Source: Candidatus Latescibacterota bacterium
GTDB lineage: Bacteria; Latescibacterota; UBA2968; UBA8231
DNA length: 64,000 nt
Assembly (NCBI GenBank): GCA_965200315.1
Contig: OZ241362.1
Span: forward strand, 4,512,001-4,576,000
Reading direction: 5' to 3'
Position numbers and translations under genes: made by a program. Of this stretch, positions 38,498 through 49,057 are shown in pieces; the first letter of the stretch is position 1; every line of letters begins with the position of its first letter. Under the pieces are notes generated by a model. The model worked only from the letters and a program-made list of their open reading frames with translations. It was not told the origin of the DNA and searched no databases.

Positions 38498-39217
38498 ATG
38501 ACAATCGCTTGGCAAACCCCGTCGAGCTGGCCGCGGCTCAGCGACGATGAAATCCACGTCTGGTGCGTCGAGTTGGACGCGGCCGGTGAGGTGGCTGCGC
38601 TCGCGGCTTATCTGAGCGAGGAAGAGCGCGAGCGGGCACGCCGCTTGCTCTCCGGTGCCCATCAGCGGCGCTTTGTGGTTGCACGGGGGATGCTGCGCCA
38701 GTTCTTAGGGCGCTACCTCGGCCAAGATCCCGGTGCAGTGGCTTTTTCACGCGGTGCATACGGCAAGCCCTTTCTGCAAGAGGGCGAGCTGCATTTCAAC
38801 GTGTCCCACACCCACGAATTGGCTCTGTACGCGATAGCGCACGGCCGCGAAGTCGGCGTCGATGTGGAGTGGATGCGGCCCCAAGTCGCGCACGAGCAAA
38901 TCGCCGCGCGCTTCTTTTCGCTGGAAGAGCAGGAGGCGCTAGCGCAGGTGCCGGACGAGGAGCGGCGGGCTGCTTTTTACCGCATCTGGACGCGCAAGGA
39001 AGCCTATGTCAAGGCACGGGGCGACGGTATCGCCGCTGGTCTCGGCACCTTTGCAGTGTCGCTGGGATCGGCGGCGGTGTTTTTACACTCGGACGAGGGA
39101 CGGGACGAGGTGGAGCGGTGGAAGTTGGTGGCTCTGGAACCGGCGGACGGATACGTCGCGGCCTTGTGCGGGGCTGGCGTGGATTGGCGGATGCGGGGCT
39201 GGCACTGGCGGCCTTAG
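38498..39217 (+). CDS. Sfp-type 4'-phosphopantetheinyl transferase
   Basis: GKP, FNVSHT, VGVDVE, FYRIWTRKEAYVKARG. Confidence 0.92.
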   Translation: MTIAWQTPSSWPRLSDDEIHVWCVELDAAGEVAALAAYLSEEERERARRLLSGAHQRRFVVARGMLRQFLGRYLGQDPGAVAFSRGAYGKPFLQEGELHFNVSHTHELALYAIAHGREVGVDVEWMRPQVAHEQIAARFFSLEEQEALAQVPDEERRAAFYRIWTRKEAYVKARGDGIAAGLGTFAVSLGSAAVFLHSDEGRDEVERWKLVALEPADGYVAALCGAGVDWRMRGWHWRP

Positions 39218-39963
39218 AGGACTCGCTGAGTCACCACCCCGTGCAGATCCATCTCAAAGTCAATATCGACAACCGGCGGTCGAGCGTAGTGCCAACAAAC
39301 GCCGTATCGCCGCGCCGCACCCATCGTCGGCAGAAGAATTTCTTCGAGTATTTCCGCTAGGGGATAGATGGTGTACACGTCAACCGCGTCAATCAAATCC
39401 CAAGCCCCGCCAAGGCCCGCGAGCCGCTCGCCCATAACCTGCGCCACATAAGCGGCCTTCTCGCGCATAGCAGCAGGCGACGTGTCGCCCGGGCGGATAA
39501 TCCCCTCGGTCACGAGACGCCCCTCCCGCAACTCGCCAGCCCCAGCCACAATCAAGGTTTTGCGGTCGATCTGGTCGTTGGGAACCGCGTAGGAAAAGGC
39601 ATACAGTGAGGGCACATCTGGAGGATCGCACGCCGGCGCGACATTAGTGCGCGCCACCGGATTGAGCTCATTTACGTACAAACCCCACGCCCGCAGGACG
39701 GCGCAGTACTCGCGGTTGAAGTCGATAAACCCCTGCATCGTAAAGGGCGCAGGCGAGCGCAACTCCATCGCGCAGAGACAGACGCGGTCGCACCCTTCCG
39801 CCGCCAGATGTGCATCCACTTGCTCAAAGCCCTCTTGCCAAGGCAGCGGCTCGGCCAGCACGACGCGGACGATCTCCCAGCCCGGCTCGGCGACGACGCC
39901 ACAAGAATAGGGGTCAATACCCTGGAGAAAGCGATAGTGTCCTTTGGGATGTGCAATCAGCAT
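39214..39963 (-). CDS. CnbZ-like (RidA-fold) deaminase family protein
   Basis: PYSCGVVA.PG, CAMELRSPAPF, NPVARTNVAP, ARPPV...FEMD. Confidence 0.7.
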   Translation of the reverse strand: MLIAHPKGHYRFLQGIDPYSCGVVAEPGWEIVRVVLAEPLPWQEGFEQVDAHLAAEGCDRVCLCAMELRSPAPFTMQGFIDFNREYCAVLRAWGLYVNELNPVARTNVAPACDPPDVPSLYAFSYAVPNDQIDRKTLIVAGAGELREGRLVTEGIIRPGDTSPAAMREKAAYVAQVMGERLAGLGGAWDLIDAVDVYTIYPLAEILEEILLPTMGAARRYGVCWHYARPPVVDIDFEMDLHGVVTQRVL

Positions 39964-40175
39964 GATACCTCGTCTTGAAAGGCCCTAAAAGATTCCAACG
40001 TCGGCCCCCGGTGCTCTTGAGTCAAGACTTCTTTCACGCTTGCCCCAACTCGTTTGTCCTATCCCCGCCTAGGCGGTCCAAACCTCGTCGGGCTTGCTCA
40101 GAAGCTCCTGAAATCTTACTCTCCAATGGCGCGTTGCTTCCGATTTTATGACGTATAGCCTATAGAATGTTGACT

Positions 40176-40384
40176 ATGCCAAACGAAGTAGTTTTTGAAG
40201 TCCACGAAGCTGAGGAAGGAGGCTACTACGCAGAGGCTGTAAGATATGACATCATTACTCAAGCTGACTCGTGGAAGGCCTGAAGCGAATGGCTCAAGAC
40301 GCCGTGTTGTGCCATTTTGACGGAGACTCGGTACCGAGGGCTTTCAGACTGCACTTGGTAAAGGACGAGGTCGTTGATGTGTGA
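40176..40384 (+). pseudogene. HicB-like antitoxin, 1-nt frameshift
   Basis: MPNEVVFEVHEAEEGGYYAEAVRYDIITQADSW then TGA at 40281; restoring one G gives EGLKRMAQDAVLCHFDGDSVPRAFRLHLVKDEVVDV*. Confidence 0.75.
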
Positions 40385-40636
40385 TGATTCCTAGGGATAT
40401 GTCTGGTGATGAACTGGTCCGACTACTGCATCGTCGTTATGCTTATCGGGGCGTCCGGCAGAGGGGCAGCCATATACGGCTAGTCACTACCATAAAAGGG
40501 GCCGGAACATCACGTATCAATCCCGCGTCATAGCCAGCTAAAAGTTGGCACGTTGCACGTAATTTTGTCTAGGGTTGCCGCGTATCTGGAAATCAGCCAA
40601 TCTGAGTTGGGTCAACAGCTATTTGGAAGAAGCTGA
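40381..40636 (+). pseudogene. hicA: HicA-family toxin, 1-nt frameshift
   Basis: MIPRDMSGDELVRLL...VRQRGSHIRL (GSH motif); after AAAAGGGG at ~40500 continues in another frame PEHHVSIPRHSQLKVGTLHVIL...LFGRS*. Confidence 0.8.
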
Positions 40637-40672
40637 TGTGGATAGCTGTTTTTACTTTATTCGAGAGCAAAG

Positions 40673-41629
40673 ATGCCCTACAAAGTCCTACTCCGCTCGG
40701 AAATCGAGCCGTATTACACCATCATCCCCATGATCGAGGAACGCGCCGAGATCGTGCGCTGGAATCCACTGCACCCGCAGCCCCCGGCCGAACTCCTCCG
40801 CACCATCGAAGGCGTGTACAACTACGGCCACTACGCCTTCACCGCCGAATACATGGATATCATGCCCGAGCTCCGCGTCATTAGCAACTACGGGGTCGGC
40901 GTCGATCACATTGACCTCCAAGCCGCCCAAGAGCGCGGCATCCCCGTAGGCAACACGCCCAAAATCCTCGACGGCGCGACGGCCGATATAACCTTCGCCC
41001 TCCTCTTGGCCGCCGCACGCAACCTCATTCAAGGCGACCGCTTTGCCCGCAGCCCGGATTTTGTGGCCTACGATCCGAGCTTCCTGCTGGGGCAGGAAGT
41101 CCACCACCAAGTCCTCGGCATCATTGGCTTGGGCAGCATCGGCTACCAAGTAGCACGCCGTGCGCTGGCCTTCGACATGACCGTCTTGTACCACAACCGC
41201 AACCGCAACCCCAAGGCCGAAGCCGACCTCGGCGCACGCTATGTCGAGCTGGACGATCTGCTCCAACAGGCGGATTTCGTGGCCTTGAACATGCCGCTGA
41301 CTGATCAGACGCGGGGCATGATCGGCCAGCGCGAACTGAGCCTGATGAAGAAGTCGGCCGTACTGGTCAACGCCGCCCGCGGAGGCGTCGTCGATCACGA
41401 TGCACTGTTGGAAACCCTGCAAAACGGCGGAATCTACGCCGCCGCCCTCGACGTAACCGAACCCGAACCCCTGCCTCGCGATCACCCCCTCCTAGCGCTG
41501 AACAACCTCGTCATCATACCCCACCTAGGCAGCGCGACTCACCAGACGCGCCAAATCATGGCCGAGCGGTCGGTGGGCAACCTGCTGGCCGGGTTGGAGG
41601 GCCGAGAACTTTTGAGTCGCATCGTCTAA
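40673..41629 (+). CDS. D-2-hydroxyacid dehydrogenase (glyoxylate/hydroxypyruvate reductase-like)
   Basis: [41 protein letters not shown]. Confidence 0.93.
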   Translation: MPYKVLLRSEIEPYYTIIPMIEERAEIVRWNPLHPQPPAELLRTIEGVYNYGHYAFTAEYMDIMPELRVISNYGVGVDHIDLQAAQERGIPVGNTPKILDGATADITFALLLAAARNLIQGDRFARSPDFVAYDPSFLLGQEVHHQVLGIIGLGSIGYQVARRALAFDMTVLYHNRNRNPKAEADLGARYVELDDLLQQADFVALNMPLTDQTRGMIGQRELSLMKKSAVLVNAARGGVVDHDALLETLQNGGIYAAALDVTEPEPLPRDHPLLALNNLVIIPHLGSATHQTRQIMAERSVGNLLAGLEGRELLSRIV

Positions 41630-41640
41630 AAAGGAAAAAA

Positions 41641-42576
41641 ATGAGCCCGAATCACCACTACAAGGTCGTCATCATCGGCTCGGGTCCAGCCGGACTAACC
41701 GCCGCCCTATACGCGGCCAGAGCCGACCTAGCCCCGCTCGTCCTAGAGGGCTTGCAGCCGGGCGGCCAGTTAACCATTACCACGGACGTAGAAAACTACC
41801 CTGGCTTTCCCGACGGCATCATGGGGCCAGAACTCGTCGATCTGATGCGCCAGCAGGCGCAGTGCTTTGGGGCCGAGTGCCAATTCAAAATTGCCACCGA
41901 AGTCGATCTGTCCAAGCGGCCCTTTGCCGTCAAAAGCGACGACGCCTCCTATACTTGCGACGCACTGATCATCGCCACTGGCGCGTCGGCGCGCCTCCTC
42001 GGTATAGAGTCCGAAACGCGGCTTATGGGGCACGGGGTCTCGGCCTGCGCGACCTGCGACGGCTTTTTCTTCCGCGACAAGGAGCTAGTTGTCGTCGGTG
42101 GCGGCGACTCGGCCATGGAGGAAGGGACCTACCTGACGAAATTCGCGTCCAAAGTCACCATTGTCCACCGCCGCGACGAGTTCCGCGCCTCCAAAATCAT
42201 GCTCAAGCGCGCACAGGACAACGACAAGATCGACTTCGTGATCAACGCCACGGTCGAAGAAATTTTACAGGCGGACGACGAGTTAGCCGTGCGCGGAGTC
42301 CGGCTCAAGGACACCCAAACGGGTCAGAGGCGCGAATTCCCCTGCGAGGGAGTCTTTATGGCCATCGGCCACATACCCAACTCCGAGCTTTTCGAGGGCG
42401 CGTTAAAAATGGACGAGCAAGGCTACATCCTCACCGACCCAGATTCGACCGCGACGGCCATCCCCGGGGTTTTCGCCTGCGGCGACGTACAGGACTCCGT
42501 GTACCGCCAAGCCGTCACCGCAGCAGGCACCGGGTGTATGGCGGCAATTGAGGCCGAGCGGTTTTTAGCTCATTAG
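41641..42576 (+). CDS. trxB: Thioredoxin-disulfide reductase
   Basis: [46 protein letters not shown]. Confidence 0.96.
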   Translation: MSPNHHYKVVIIGSGPAGLTAALYAARADLAPLVLEGLQPGGQLTITTDVENYPGFPDGIMGPELVDLMRQQAQCFGAECQFKIATEVDLSKRPFAVKSDDASYTCDALIIATGASARLLGIESETRLMGHGVSACATCDGFFFRDKELVVVGGGDSAMEEGTYLTKFASKVTIVHRRDEFRASKIMLKRAQDNDKIDFVINATVEEILQADDELAVRGVRLKDTQTGQRREFPCEGVFMAIGHIPNSELFEGALKMDEQGYILTDPDSTATAIPGVFACGDVQDSVYRQAVTAAGTGCMAAIEAERFLAH

Positions 42577-42601
42577 TAATCTGGACTGCGATTTATGTGA
42601 T

Positions 42602-43405
42602 TTGGGGATTACTGTGATTAAAAAGAGGCCGGTATTCGGAGATACTCTGACCCCCTACCCCATCCGCCCCAAGAAAAAGCTCGGTCAAAACTTCCTCACC
42701 GACGCCGCCGTCCTGCGCCGAGAAGTAGCTTGCGCCGACATTGCAGCCGGGGATACGGTGCTGGAAATAGGGGCTGGAATCGGCAATCTGACGCAGCTAT
42801 TGCTGGAGCGAGCCGGGCAGGTCGTGGCCGTGGAGCAAGACCGCCAGTTCGCCCCGTGTCTCAAAGAATTGCAGCAACAGCATGGGCATCTCAAGGTGGT
42901 GTGGGGCGATGCCTTGGCCGTAGATTTTCCGCGCTTTGATAAGGTAGTGGCCAACCTGCCCTATCAAGTGGCCCTGCCGCTTGTATTCAAGCTGCTAAAC
43001 CAGCGCTTCGAGCGGGCCGTGCTCATGTTGCCCAAGCGGCTGGCCAAGCGGCTGTGCGCCACCGTCGGTCAACCGGGCTATAGTCGGATTGGAGTCGCGG
43101 TTGGACGGCTGGCACAAGTAGAGTGGATCGAGCAGGTGGGTAAAGACGCCTTTTTACCCCGCCCCAAAGTCGAGAGCGCGCTCGTGCTTATCAAGCGCAC
43201 CAAGCCCAAGTTTGCCGTGCCGTCCGAGGATTTTTTCCGGCATGTCTTGGAAAGCCTCTTTACCCGCCGCCAAGTGCGCGTCCAGCAGATCGTCCCCCCA
43301 GCCGCTCTCGCCAGCCTGAGCAAGAAGATCAAGAACAAACCCGTGTACACCGTCACGCCGCGCGAGTTCGGCGCAATCACCCGCGCTTGGTGGCCGCTCA
43401 GCTAG
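42602..43405 (+). CDS. rsmA: rRNA adenine dimethyltransferase (RsmA/KsgA family)
   Basis: KKLGQNFL, VLEIGAGIGNLT, VVANLPY, F.P.PKVESA. Confidence 0.8.
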   Translation: MGITVIKKRPVFGDTLTPYPIRPKKKLGQNFLTDAAVLRREVACADIAAGDTVLEIGAGIGNLTQLLLERAGQVVAVEQDRQFAPCLKELQQQHGHLKVVWGDALAVDFPRFDKVVANLPYQVALPLVFKLLNQRFERAVLMLPKRLAKRLCATVGQPGYSRIGVAVGRLAQVEWIEQVGKDAFLPRPKVESALVLIKRTKPKFAVPSEDFFRHVLESLFTRRQVRVQQIVPPAALASLSKKIKNKPVYTVTPREFGAITRAWWPLS

Positions 43406-44843
43406 CCAACCCCGCAAACACCTCGCGCCCCCTCCTGAACAGTTCCCGCACGTCCTCGCGCTGCTGATCGTTGTTGTAGCGGCCATACGTACCGATCCAC
43501 TTGAGCGACTCGTCGATCGAGCGGAGGAAAAAATTCGCATCTGCTTCGCGCTCGGCCGGCGGCGCGCCGACGCGGAAATAACTCGGGCTCGAATGCGCGT
43601 AAATGGACTGGTCGAAGCTGTCGCGCGAATCGCCCCACAGGCGGGCGGCAACCCAACCGTCGCGCTCGGCCCTGAAGCCGTGACGCAAGGTACCTTCGCG
43701 TCGCCCTTCGGACCATGCCCAGCGCTCGACTACTAAGCCGTTGACCACCAACTCGGCTCGCTCGATTGGATAAAACGAGCTAAAGGTCACTTCGGCCTCT
43801 AACTCCGTGCCGCTGCCGCAGTCCACAGTGCCACCCATCGGACGCCCATTGAGTGTGAGTTGCAGAGCCGGGCCGTTGGTTATGAAGGTCCGCCCTTGCT
43901 TCATCCCTTCGATCCAGCGCGCATAGGAAAATTCCCCATCCACTTGGACGTATACGCGGTTGTTGGAGCACACAAACCAATCCGTGCCGGTCGAGGCCGG
44001 CAGCCGCAGGCCGCAGTTGAGGAGCTTGTACCAGAGATCGTATTCCGGATCCATCCAAAAGGGATCGAACAGGTTGAAGGCGTCGAGTTTGCCGAGCGCT
44101 GCGGCCACCGGAGCCTCCATGCCGCGGCCGTTGTGGCACCATATAACCAAGCCGCCCTGCTCGCGGGCGTCGTCGCAGCAAAAGCACAAGGGCGGGTAGT
44201 CCGGGTCGAATTGCCCGGCGAGGGTGTGGCCGCGGCTTATGGGCTGCACGAGGTTGCGAATGTTGAGCAACATCACGTGGCCGTAGCCAAAACCCCACGG
44301 CGAATTGTCTCCGTAGTGGCGGTTCTCCTCGCCGATGTCGAGGACGTGATGGGCGGTCGTAAACTCGTTCATCACGCCGATGGGATACTTGTTGGATGCG
44401 TAGGGCAGTTGGCGGCGGTCGAGCACGCTGACGCAGGTGACGCTGTACCCCTCAACGCTGCAATCAATCCCGAGCCGCTCGTCGGGCCGGGTCTCCTTTT
44501 CGTCGTAGTGAATGTGCGTGTTGCCCGGATACCAAGCATCCTCTTGGGGACGGTACCAGCGGCGCAGCCGAATCTCCAACTCAACGCGGCCCTTGGCGGG
44601 CAACTCAACGGTCGTGCGATAGGGTTCGTACTCGGTGCCGCGCTCGACGAGTACATCCGTGCGCCCCCGGCTGCCCTCGACGGCAAACGCGCCATCGCAA
44701 AAGAAAAACGGCGTACCCGGACCGCGCTTTAGCATGGAGTTCGGCGGGTGAGAAAAGGTGCCCGAGGCGTTGAGTACGTGGACTTTGGCGTCGAGCGATT
44801 CACCGGAGACTGCGTCGACAATCGTGCCGTGCAGGGTGCCCAT
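43398..44843 (-). CDS. CehA/McbA family PHP-like metallohydrolase
   Basis: ERGTEY, GNTHIH, YGHV, WYKLLNCG...STGTD, GRTFITNGP, AHSSP; start at MGTLHG with an AGGAGG RBS. Confidence 0.82.
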   Translation of the reverse strand: MGTLHGTIVDAVSGESLDAKVHVLNASGTFSHPPNSMLKRGPGTPFFFCDGAFAVEGSRGRTDVLVERGTEYEPYRTTVELPAKGRVELEIRLRRWYRPQEDAWYPGNTHIHYDEKETRPDERLGIDCSVEGYSVTCVSVLDRRQLPYASNKYPIGVMNEFTTAHHVLDIGEENRHYGDNSPWGFGYGHVMLLNIRNLVQPISRGHTLAGQFDPDYPPLCFCCDDAREQGGLVIWCHNGRGMEAPVAAALGKLDAFNLFDPFWMDPEYDLWYKLLNCGLRLPASTGTDWFVCSNNRVYVQVDGEFSYARWIEGMKQGRTFITNGPALQLTLNGRPMGGTVDCGSGTELEAEVTFSSFYPIERAELVVNGLVVERWAWSEGRREGTLRHGFRAERDGWVAARLWGDSRDSFDQSIYAHSSPSYFRVGAPPAEREADANFFLRSIDESLKWIGTYGRYNNDQQREDVRELFRRGREVFAGLAS

Positions 44844-44854
44844 AGCACCTCCTG

Positions 44855-45904
44855 TCAGTTGAGCGAATACGTTTCGTACGGGGCCGCGCAGGGGTTGCCG
44901 CGGCTGATGTGCATGCGACCTTGATCGGCCTCGATCACCACTGAAAATACGCTCGCCCAAAAGCCAGTCTGCGGATGGTCGTTGACGTGGCGGCAGATGG
45001 AGTACGGGTGCCGGTCGTGATCGCGCAGGGCCGCTTGCACCTGCGCCATGCTCACGAGCCGCTCGGGGCCGAGCAACTGTTCGATGCGGTGGTGGCGCGG
45101 AACGGATTCAATCAGCTCGGGAAATTCGCGGTTGATCGGCACCAACTCCGGGTGCAAGCAGTGGTTGGTGTGGACGACGAACTCGTCGTCGCGCAAGACA
45201 TGGACGTGGCCCAAAGTGAGTTCGAGATCGGCCGGCCCCTGAGGGGTGGCGAGGAGGACGTTGCCGGGAATGGCGCGGTCGGCCCGGCGCACCGCGGCGA
45301 CCGCGGCGCTGAGCGAGGTCTGTTCGTAGAGGGCGCGCACGGCAAAGTAGTGAGGGACGCCGACCGGGCGGGTCGGGGCCGGCAGGGTGTTCATGCAGAC
45401 GCCCATGCCGGCGTCGTTGCAGCCGATGTAGGCGATGAGGCCCGCTTGGGTGACGTTCATCAGCGCGGGTTTGCCAGTCGGGCGGCGCGTCAGCACGATC
45501 GTGAAGGGATCCAACGCGGGGTCGTTGTCCCAGTTTTGCGCGGCAATCGCCCGGCCCTCGGCGCTGCGCTTGGGAGCCACCGCAAAGGCCGTGCAGGCCG
45601 CGTCCTCCTCCGGGCAAAGCTGGTTGCGCACTTGCAAGAGCATCATCTCGTCGAGCGCGATGTCCGCGCCCTCGCTCATGCCGCGCAATTCCTCGAGCAT
45701 GTCGGGCGCGTACGCCGCCGCGCAATCCATGCTCTGGCGGCTTATGTCCAAGGCGCGGGTACGCGACACGCGCACAGTCTTGTTGACGCGCTCTAGAGCA
45801 ATGGCGGCAAAGCCGCGAATTTCGTCGCGGGCAGCCTCCCCGATCTGGCGGCCCAACTCGCGCGGCGGGCCGCTGACTTCGATGTGGCGGTAACGAGTAC
45901 TCAT
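44855..45904 (-). CDS. C45 family Ntn-hydrolase (acyl-CoA:6-APA acyltransferase-like)
   Basis: G.QIG, CT autoproteolysis site, AQNWD, HTNH, GNPC. Confidence 0.85.
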   Translation of the reverse strand: MSTRYRHIEVSGPPRELGRQIGEAARDEIRGFAAIALERVNKTVRVSRTRALDISRQSMDCAAAYAPDMLEELRGMSEGADIALDEMMLLQVRNQLCPEEDAACTAFAVAPKRSAEGRAIAAQNWDNDPALDPFTIVLTRRPTGKPALMNVTQAGLIAYIGCNDAGMGVCMNTLPAPTRPVGVPHYFAVRALYEQTSLSAAVAAVRRADRAIPGNVLLATPQGPADLELTLGHVHVLRDDEFVVHTNHCLHPELVPINREFPELIESVPRHHRIEQLLGPERLVSMAQVQAALRDHDRHPYSICRHVNDHPQTGFWASVFSVVIEADQGRMHISRGNPCAAPYETYSLN

Positions 45905-45919
45905 GTTCGCTCCTTTGGC

Positions 45920-46894
45920 TCAGGGGCGCACTTGCAGGACAACCTTGCCGATGTTGCGGTTTTGCCGCAGGATGTCGTGGGCTTCGGCCGTGCGCTCAAT
46001 GGGCAGCACATCCTCTATCACAGTGCGCATGCGCCCGTCGATTAGCAGCGGCCAGAAGCGCTCTTTGAAGGCCGCGATAATCGCGGTTTTCTCCTCGTCT
46101 GAGCGGCTGCGCAAAACCGAGCCGATCAGGCGCAGCCGCTTTTTCTGCAATTCCAAGAGATCGATCTGGGCCTCGGCACCGGTCAGGACGGCGATGATCA
46201 CGAGGCGACCCCCGGACTTGAGCAACTGCACATTGCGCGCCAAATAGTCCGCCCCCGCAATGTCGAGGATTACATCGACTCCGTCGGTGTGGGCGAGTAT
46301 GGCCGCGGCAAAGTCCCGCTCCCTATAATTGATCCCAAACTCCGCACCCAGCGCTAGGCAGTACGCCACCTTGGCGTCCGTGCCAGCCGTGACAATCGCC
46401 TTGGCCTCGGCTTGGTGGCAGAGTTGCACCGCGGCCGTGCCAACGCCGCTGCCCCCGCCGTGGATGAGCGCGGTCTCGCCCGCCCGCAAGCCGGCTTCGC
46501 GGAACAAGTTGACAAAAGCAGTGAGAAAGACCTCGCAGATGGTCGCTCCCCAAGTGAAGTCGCGCTCGGTGGGCAGGGGCAGCAAATGGGGCGCCGGAAC
46601 GGCCACGCGTTCGGCGTATCCGCCGCCGGAGAGCAAACCGAGGACGCGGTCGCCGGGCTGCCACTGCGTTACAGTCGCGCCCGTGGCGGCGACCACGCCC
46701 GCCATTTCCAAGCCCATGTAGGGAGATGCGCCCGGGGGCGGCGGGTAGTTGCCGGCGCGCTGGAGGAGATCGGCGCGATTGACGGCTGTGGCATGGATAT
46801 CTACGAGGACCTCGCTTGGCCCACAGGTCGGGCTTGGGACCTCTTGCCAGCAGAGCGAGTGGTCCACGTCATTGGCTACGATTATAGCTTTCAT
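45920..46894 (-). CDS. NAD(P)H:quinone oxidoreductase (PIG3 family)
   Basis: VNRADLLQR.G.YPPP.G, GGGYAE, HGGGSGVG, IGKVVL. Confidence 0.92.
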   Translation of the reverse strand: MKAIIVANDVDHSLCWQEVPSPTCGPSEVLVDIHATAVNRADLLQRAGNYPPPPGASPYMGLEMAGVVAATGATVTQWQPGDRVLGLLSGGGYAERVAVPAPHLLPLPTERDFTWGATICEVFLTAFVNLFREAGLRAGETALIHGGGSGVGTAAVQLCHQAEAKAIVTAGTDAKVAYCLALGAEFGINYRERDFAAAILAHTDGVDVILDIAGADYLARNVQLLKSGGRLVIIAVLTGAEAQIDLLELQKKRLRLIGSVLRSRSDEEKTAIIAAFKERFWPLLIDGRMRTVIEDVLPIERTAEAHDILRQNRNIGKVVLQVRP

Positions 46895-46991
46895 GGCCTA
46901 TACTTTGACGTATTGGGAGGTGAAGCGCAAGCTTGACGAGCCGCAGGACCGGCGTAAATTTTCAGGCCGTATTTAACGAAACGCATCCAAC

Positions 46992-47498
46992 ATGACCAAC
47001 ATCGAGATCAAGGCTCACTATCGCGACGTCGAGCGCGCCAAAGAAAACCTCAACGCCCTCGGTGCGGGGATGGCGGGGACCTTCCACCAGAAGGACACCT
47101 ATTTCAACGTCGACCGCGGGCGGCTCAAGCTGCGCGAGCTCGGAATCGACGAAGGCCATCTGATTTTCTACCAGCGCGAGGATCTGGCCGGCCCCAAGCG
47201 CAGCGACTACGAAGTGGCCAAGACCGAAGACCCCGAGGGCCTGCGCAACATCCTCAGCAACATCCACGGCGTCTGGGTCGAAGTGAAGAAGACGCGCCAA
47301 GTCTGGCTGTGGGAAAACGTGCGCATCCACCTCGACGACGTAAAGGGCCTCGGCCAGTTCGTCGAGCTAGAGGCCGTGACCGAAGAGAAAGGCATCGAGG
47401 AGTCGCACCGACGCGTCGAGGCCCTAATGAGGGCACTGGAAATCACCAACGACCAGCTAGTCAAAGGCTCCTACGGGGATATCGTCGCTGCTGGTTGA
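46992..47498 (+). CDS. CYTH-domain protein (class IV adenylate cyclase-like)
   Basis: N-terminal EIK, Q.DTYF, RLKLRE, RIHLD.V.GLG.FVELE. Confidence 0.9.
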   Translation: MTNIEIKAHYRDVERAKENLNALGAGMAGTFHQKDTYFNVDRGRLKLRELGIDEGHLIFYQREDLAGPKRSDYEVAKTEDPEGLRNILSNIHGVWVEVKKTRQVWLWENVRIHLDDVKGLGQFVELEAVTEEKGIEESHRRVEALMRALEITNDQLVKGSYGDIVAAG

Positions 47499-47610
47499 CC
47501 CTTCTCTACCGGCTGCCTGACGTCGAAATCGGTCGTCGCCGCGCCACCTAGCCGGACCATAAGCGTCTCCCTAGCTTCTTCCTAGCGCTCGGAGCGGCCT
47601 GTCCCTTCCC

Positions 47611-48963
47611 CTACTCAAATAACCCTTCCACCTCGTCGCAGAGCAGGGCGGCCTCTGAGGTGCTCGCGCTCTCGGCGATGACGCGGACAATAGGTTCGGT
47701 GTTGGAGGCGCGGAGGTGAACCCAAGGGCATTCGAGCTGCCCGCTCAAGTAGAGCTTGGAGCCATCGCGCACCGGGTGGATGTATGCTTGGGGATAGCGT
47801 TCGCGCAGCGCGGCAATAGCCGCGTCTAGCTGCTCTGAAGTACAAGTGATTTTGCGCTTGTCGATGGCGTAGCTGGGCAGCGCGGCGATCAGGTCTTCAA
47901 GAGATTGACCGGTATGCACCATAGCCTCCAGCACTAGGGCCAAGCCGATAGCTGCATCGCGGCTGGGGCCAATTTGGGTGACGATGACGCCGCCGTTGCC
48001 TTCGCCGCCGATGACCGCTCCCTCAGCCATCATCTTCTCCACCACGTGAACCTCGCCCACCGCCGTGAGAAAAACCGGACAGTTGTGGGCAGTGGCCGCG
48101 TCTGTGACGGCCTGCGAGGTAGAGAGGGTGGTGACGACCGGACCGGGCTGCCGCGCCGCTTGTACCGCCAGTGCGAGCGTGTAGTCTTCGCCCACGGGCG
48201 CCCCGTTCGCATCGATCAATGCGACGCGGTCGGCGTCCGGGTCGATGGCAAAGCCGATGGCGCAGCCGTTGTCGCGCACGGCTTGGCCGAGCTGGACTAG
48301 GTTGGCGGGCACCGGCTCTGGGTCGTGGGCGAAATCGCCGTCGGGCCGTGCGTTGATGAGCGTGGCTTCGACGCCCAAGGCATCTAATAGGCTCGGAATC
48401 ACCAAGGCCCCCGTGCCATTGCAGGGATCGACGGCCACTTTGAATCCGGCTTGGCGAATGGCGTCGGCATCGACGTAGTCCACAATCTGCTGGACGTGGC
48501 GCGCCACCACGGCGTCTGAGCCGATCGTTTCCAGCCCGCCGGACGCAGCGCAGCGAAACTCACCTGCGTGGAAGAGAGCCTCGACGCGCGCGCCCTCTTC
48601 CGCATTGAGAAAGACGCCGTCGGCGCGCACTAGCTTGAGTCCGTTCCAAGGGGCTGGGTTGTGGCTGGCGGTGATGATGATCGCACCCTTAGCACCAAGC
48701 GCAGAGATCATCAGCTTGGCTCCGGGCGTAGAGCACATGCCCACATCGACGACTCGGCAGCCCGTCCGGCGCAAAGCGGCGGCCGCCGCTTGGGCAAAAG
48801 CCGCTCCAGACGGGCGCGTGTCGCGGGCGAGGACGACGGCATCGCCCGGAGTCAAGGTGGAGCCAAAGGCCGCGGCAAAGCGGGCGACGACCTCATCGGT
48901 GAGCGACTGGCCGACGAGGCCGCGAATTCCAGAAATGCTGACGATGAGCGGAGCACTAGACAT
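47611..48963 (-). CDS. Phosphohexomutase (phosphoglucosamine/phosphomannomutase)
   Basis: SGIRG, ITASHNP, DPDADR, GGEGNGG, RASNTEP. Confidence 0.92.
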   Translation of the reverse strand: MSSAPLIVSISGIRGLVGQSLTDEVVARFAAAFGSTLTPGDAVVLARDTRPSGAAFAQAAAAALRRTGCRVVDVGMCSTPGAKLMISALGAKGAIIITASHNPAPWNGLKLVRADGVFLNAEEGARVEALFHAGEFRCAASGGLETIGSDAVVARHVQQIVDYVDADAIRQAGFKVAVDPCNGTGALVIPSLLDALGVEATLINARPDGDFAHDPEPVPANLVQLGQAVRDNGCAIGFAIDPDADRVALIDANGAPVGEDYTLALAVQAARQPGPVVTTLSTSQAVTDAATAHNCPVFLTAVGEVHVVEKMMAEGAVIGGEGNGGVIVTQIGPSRDAAIGLALVLEAMVHTGQSLEDLIAALPSYAIDKRKITCTSEQLDAAIAALRERYPQAYIHPVRDGSKLYLSGQLECPWVHLRASNTEPIVRVIAESASTSEAALLCDEVEGLFE

Positions 48964-48994
48964 GCGTTTCTCTTTCTCAGAAGCGTTATTAAAA

Positions 48995-49057
48995 GGGGAG
49001 AGGCGTGAGGAAAGAGAGGGGCGTTGCTATACAAACTCCTCTCACTCCGCCCTCCTC
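48995..49057. repeat. Imperfect inverted array of purine/pyrimidine 7-mers
   Basis: GGGGAGA-GGCGTGA-GGAAAGA-GAGGGGC facing CTCCTCT-CACTCCG-CCCTCCT. Confidence 0.45.

Noticed and set aside
40281-40283. In-frame TGA in the HicB-like gene as selenocysteine or readthrough
   Set aside because: The homologous sequence continues in a different frame, so it is a frameshift.
43860-45796. Long antisense ORFs (290 aa and 273 aa here, and similar ones throughout the window)
   Set aside because: Shadow frames of GC-rich genes with no recognisable motifs.
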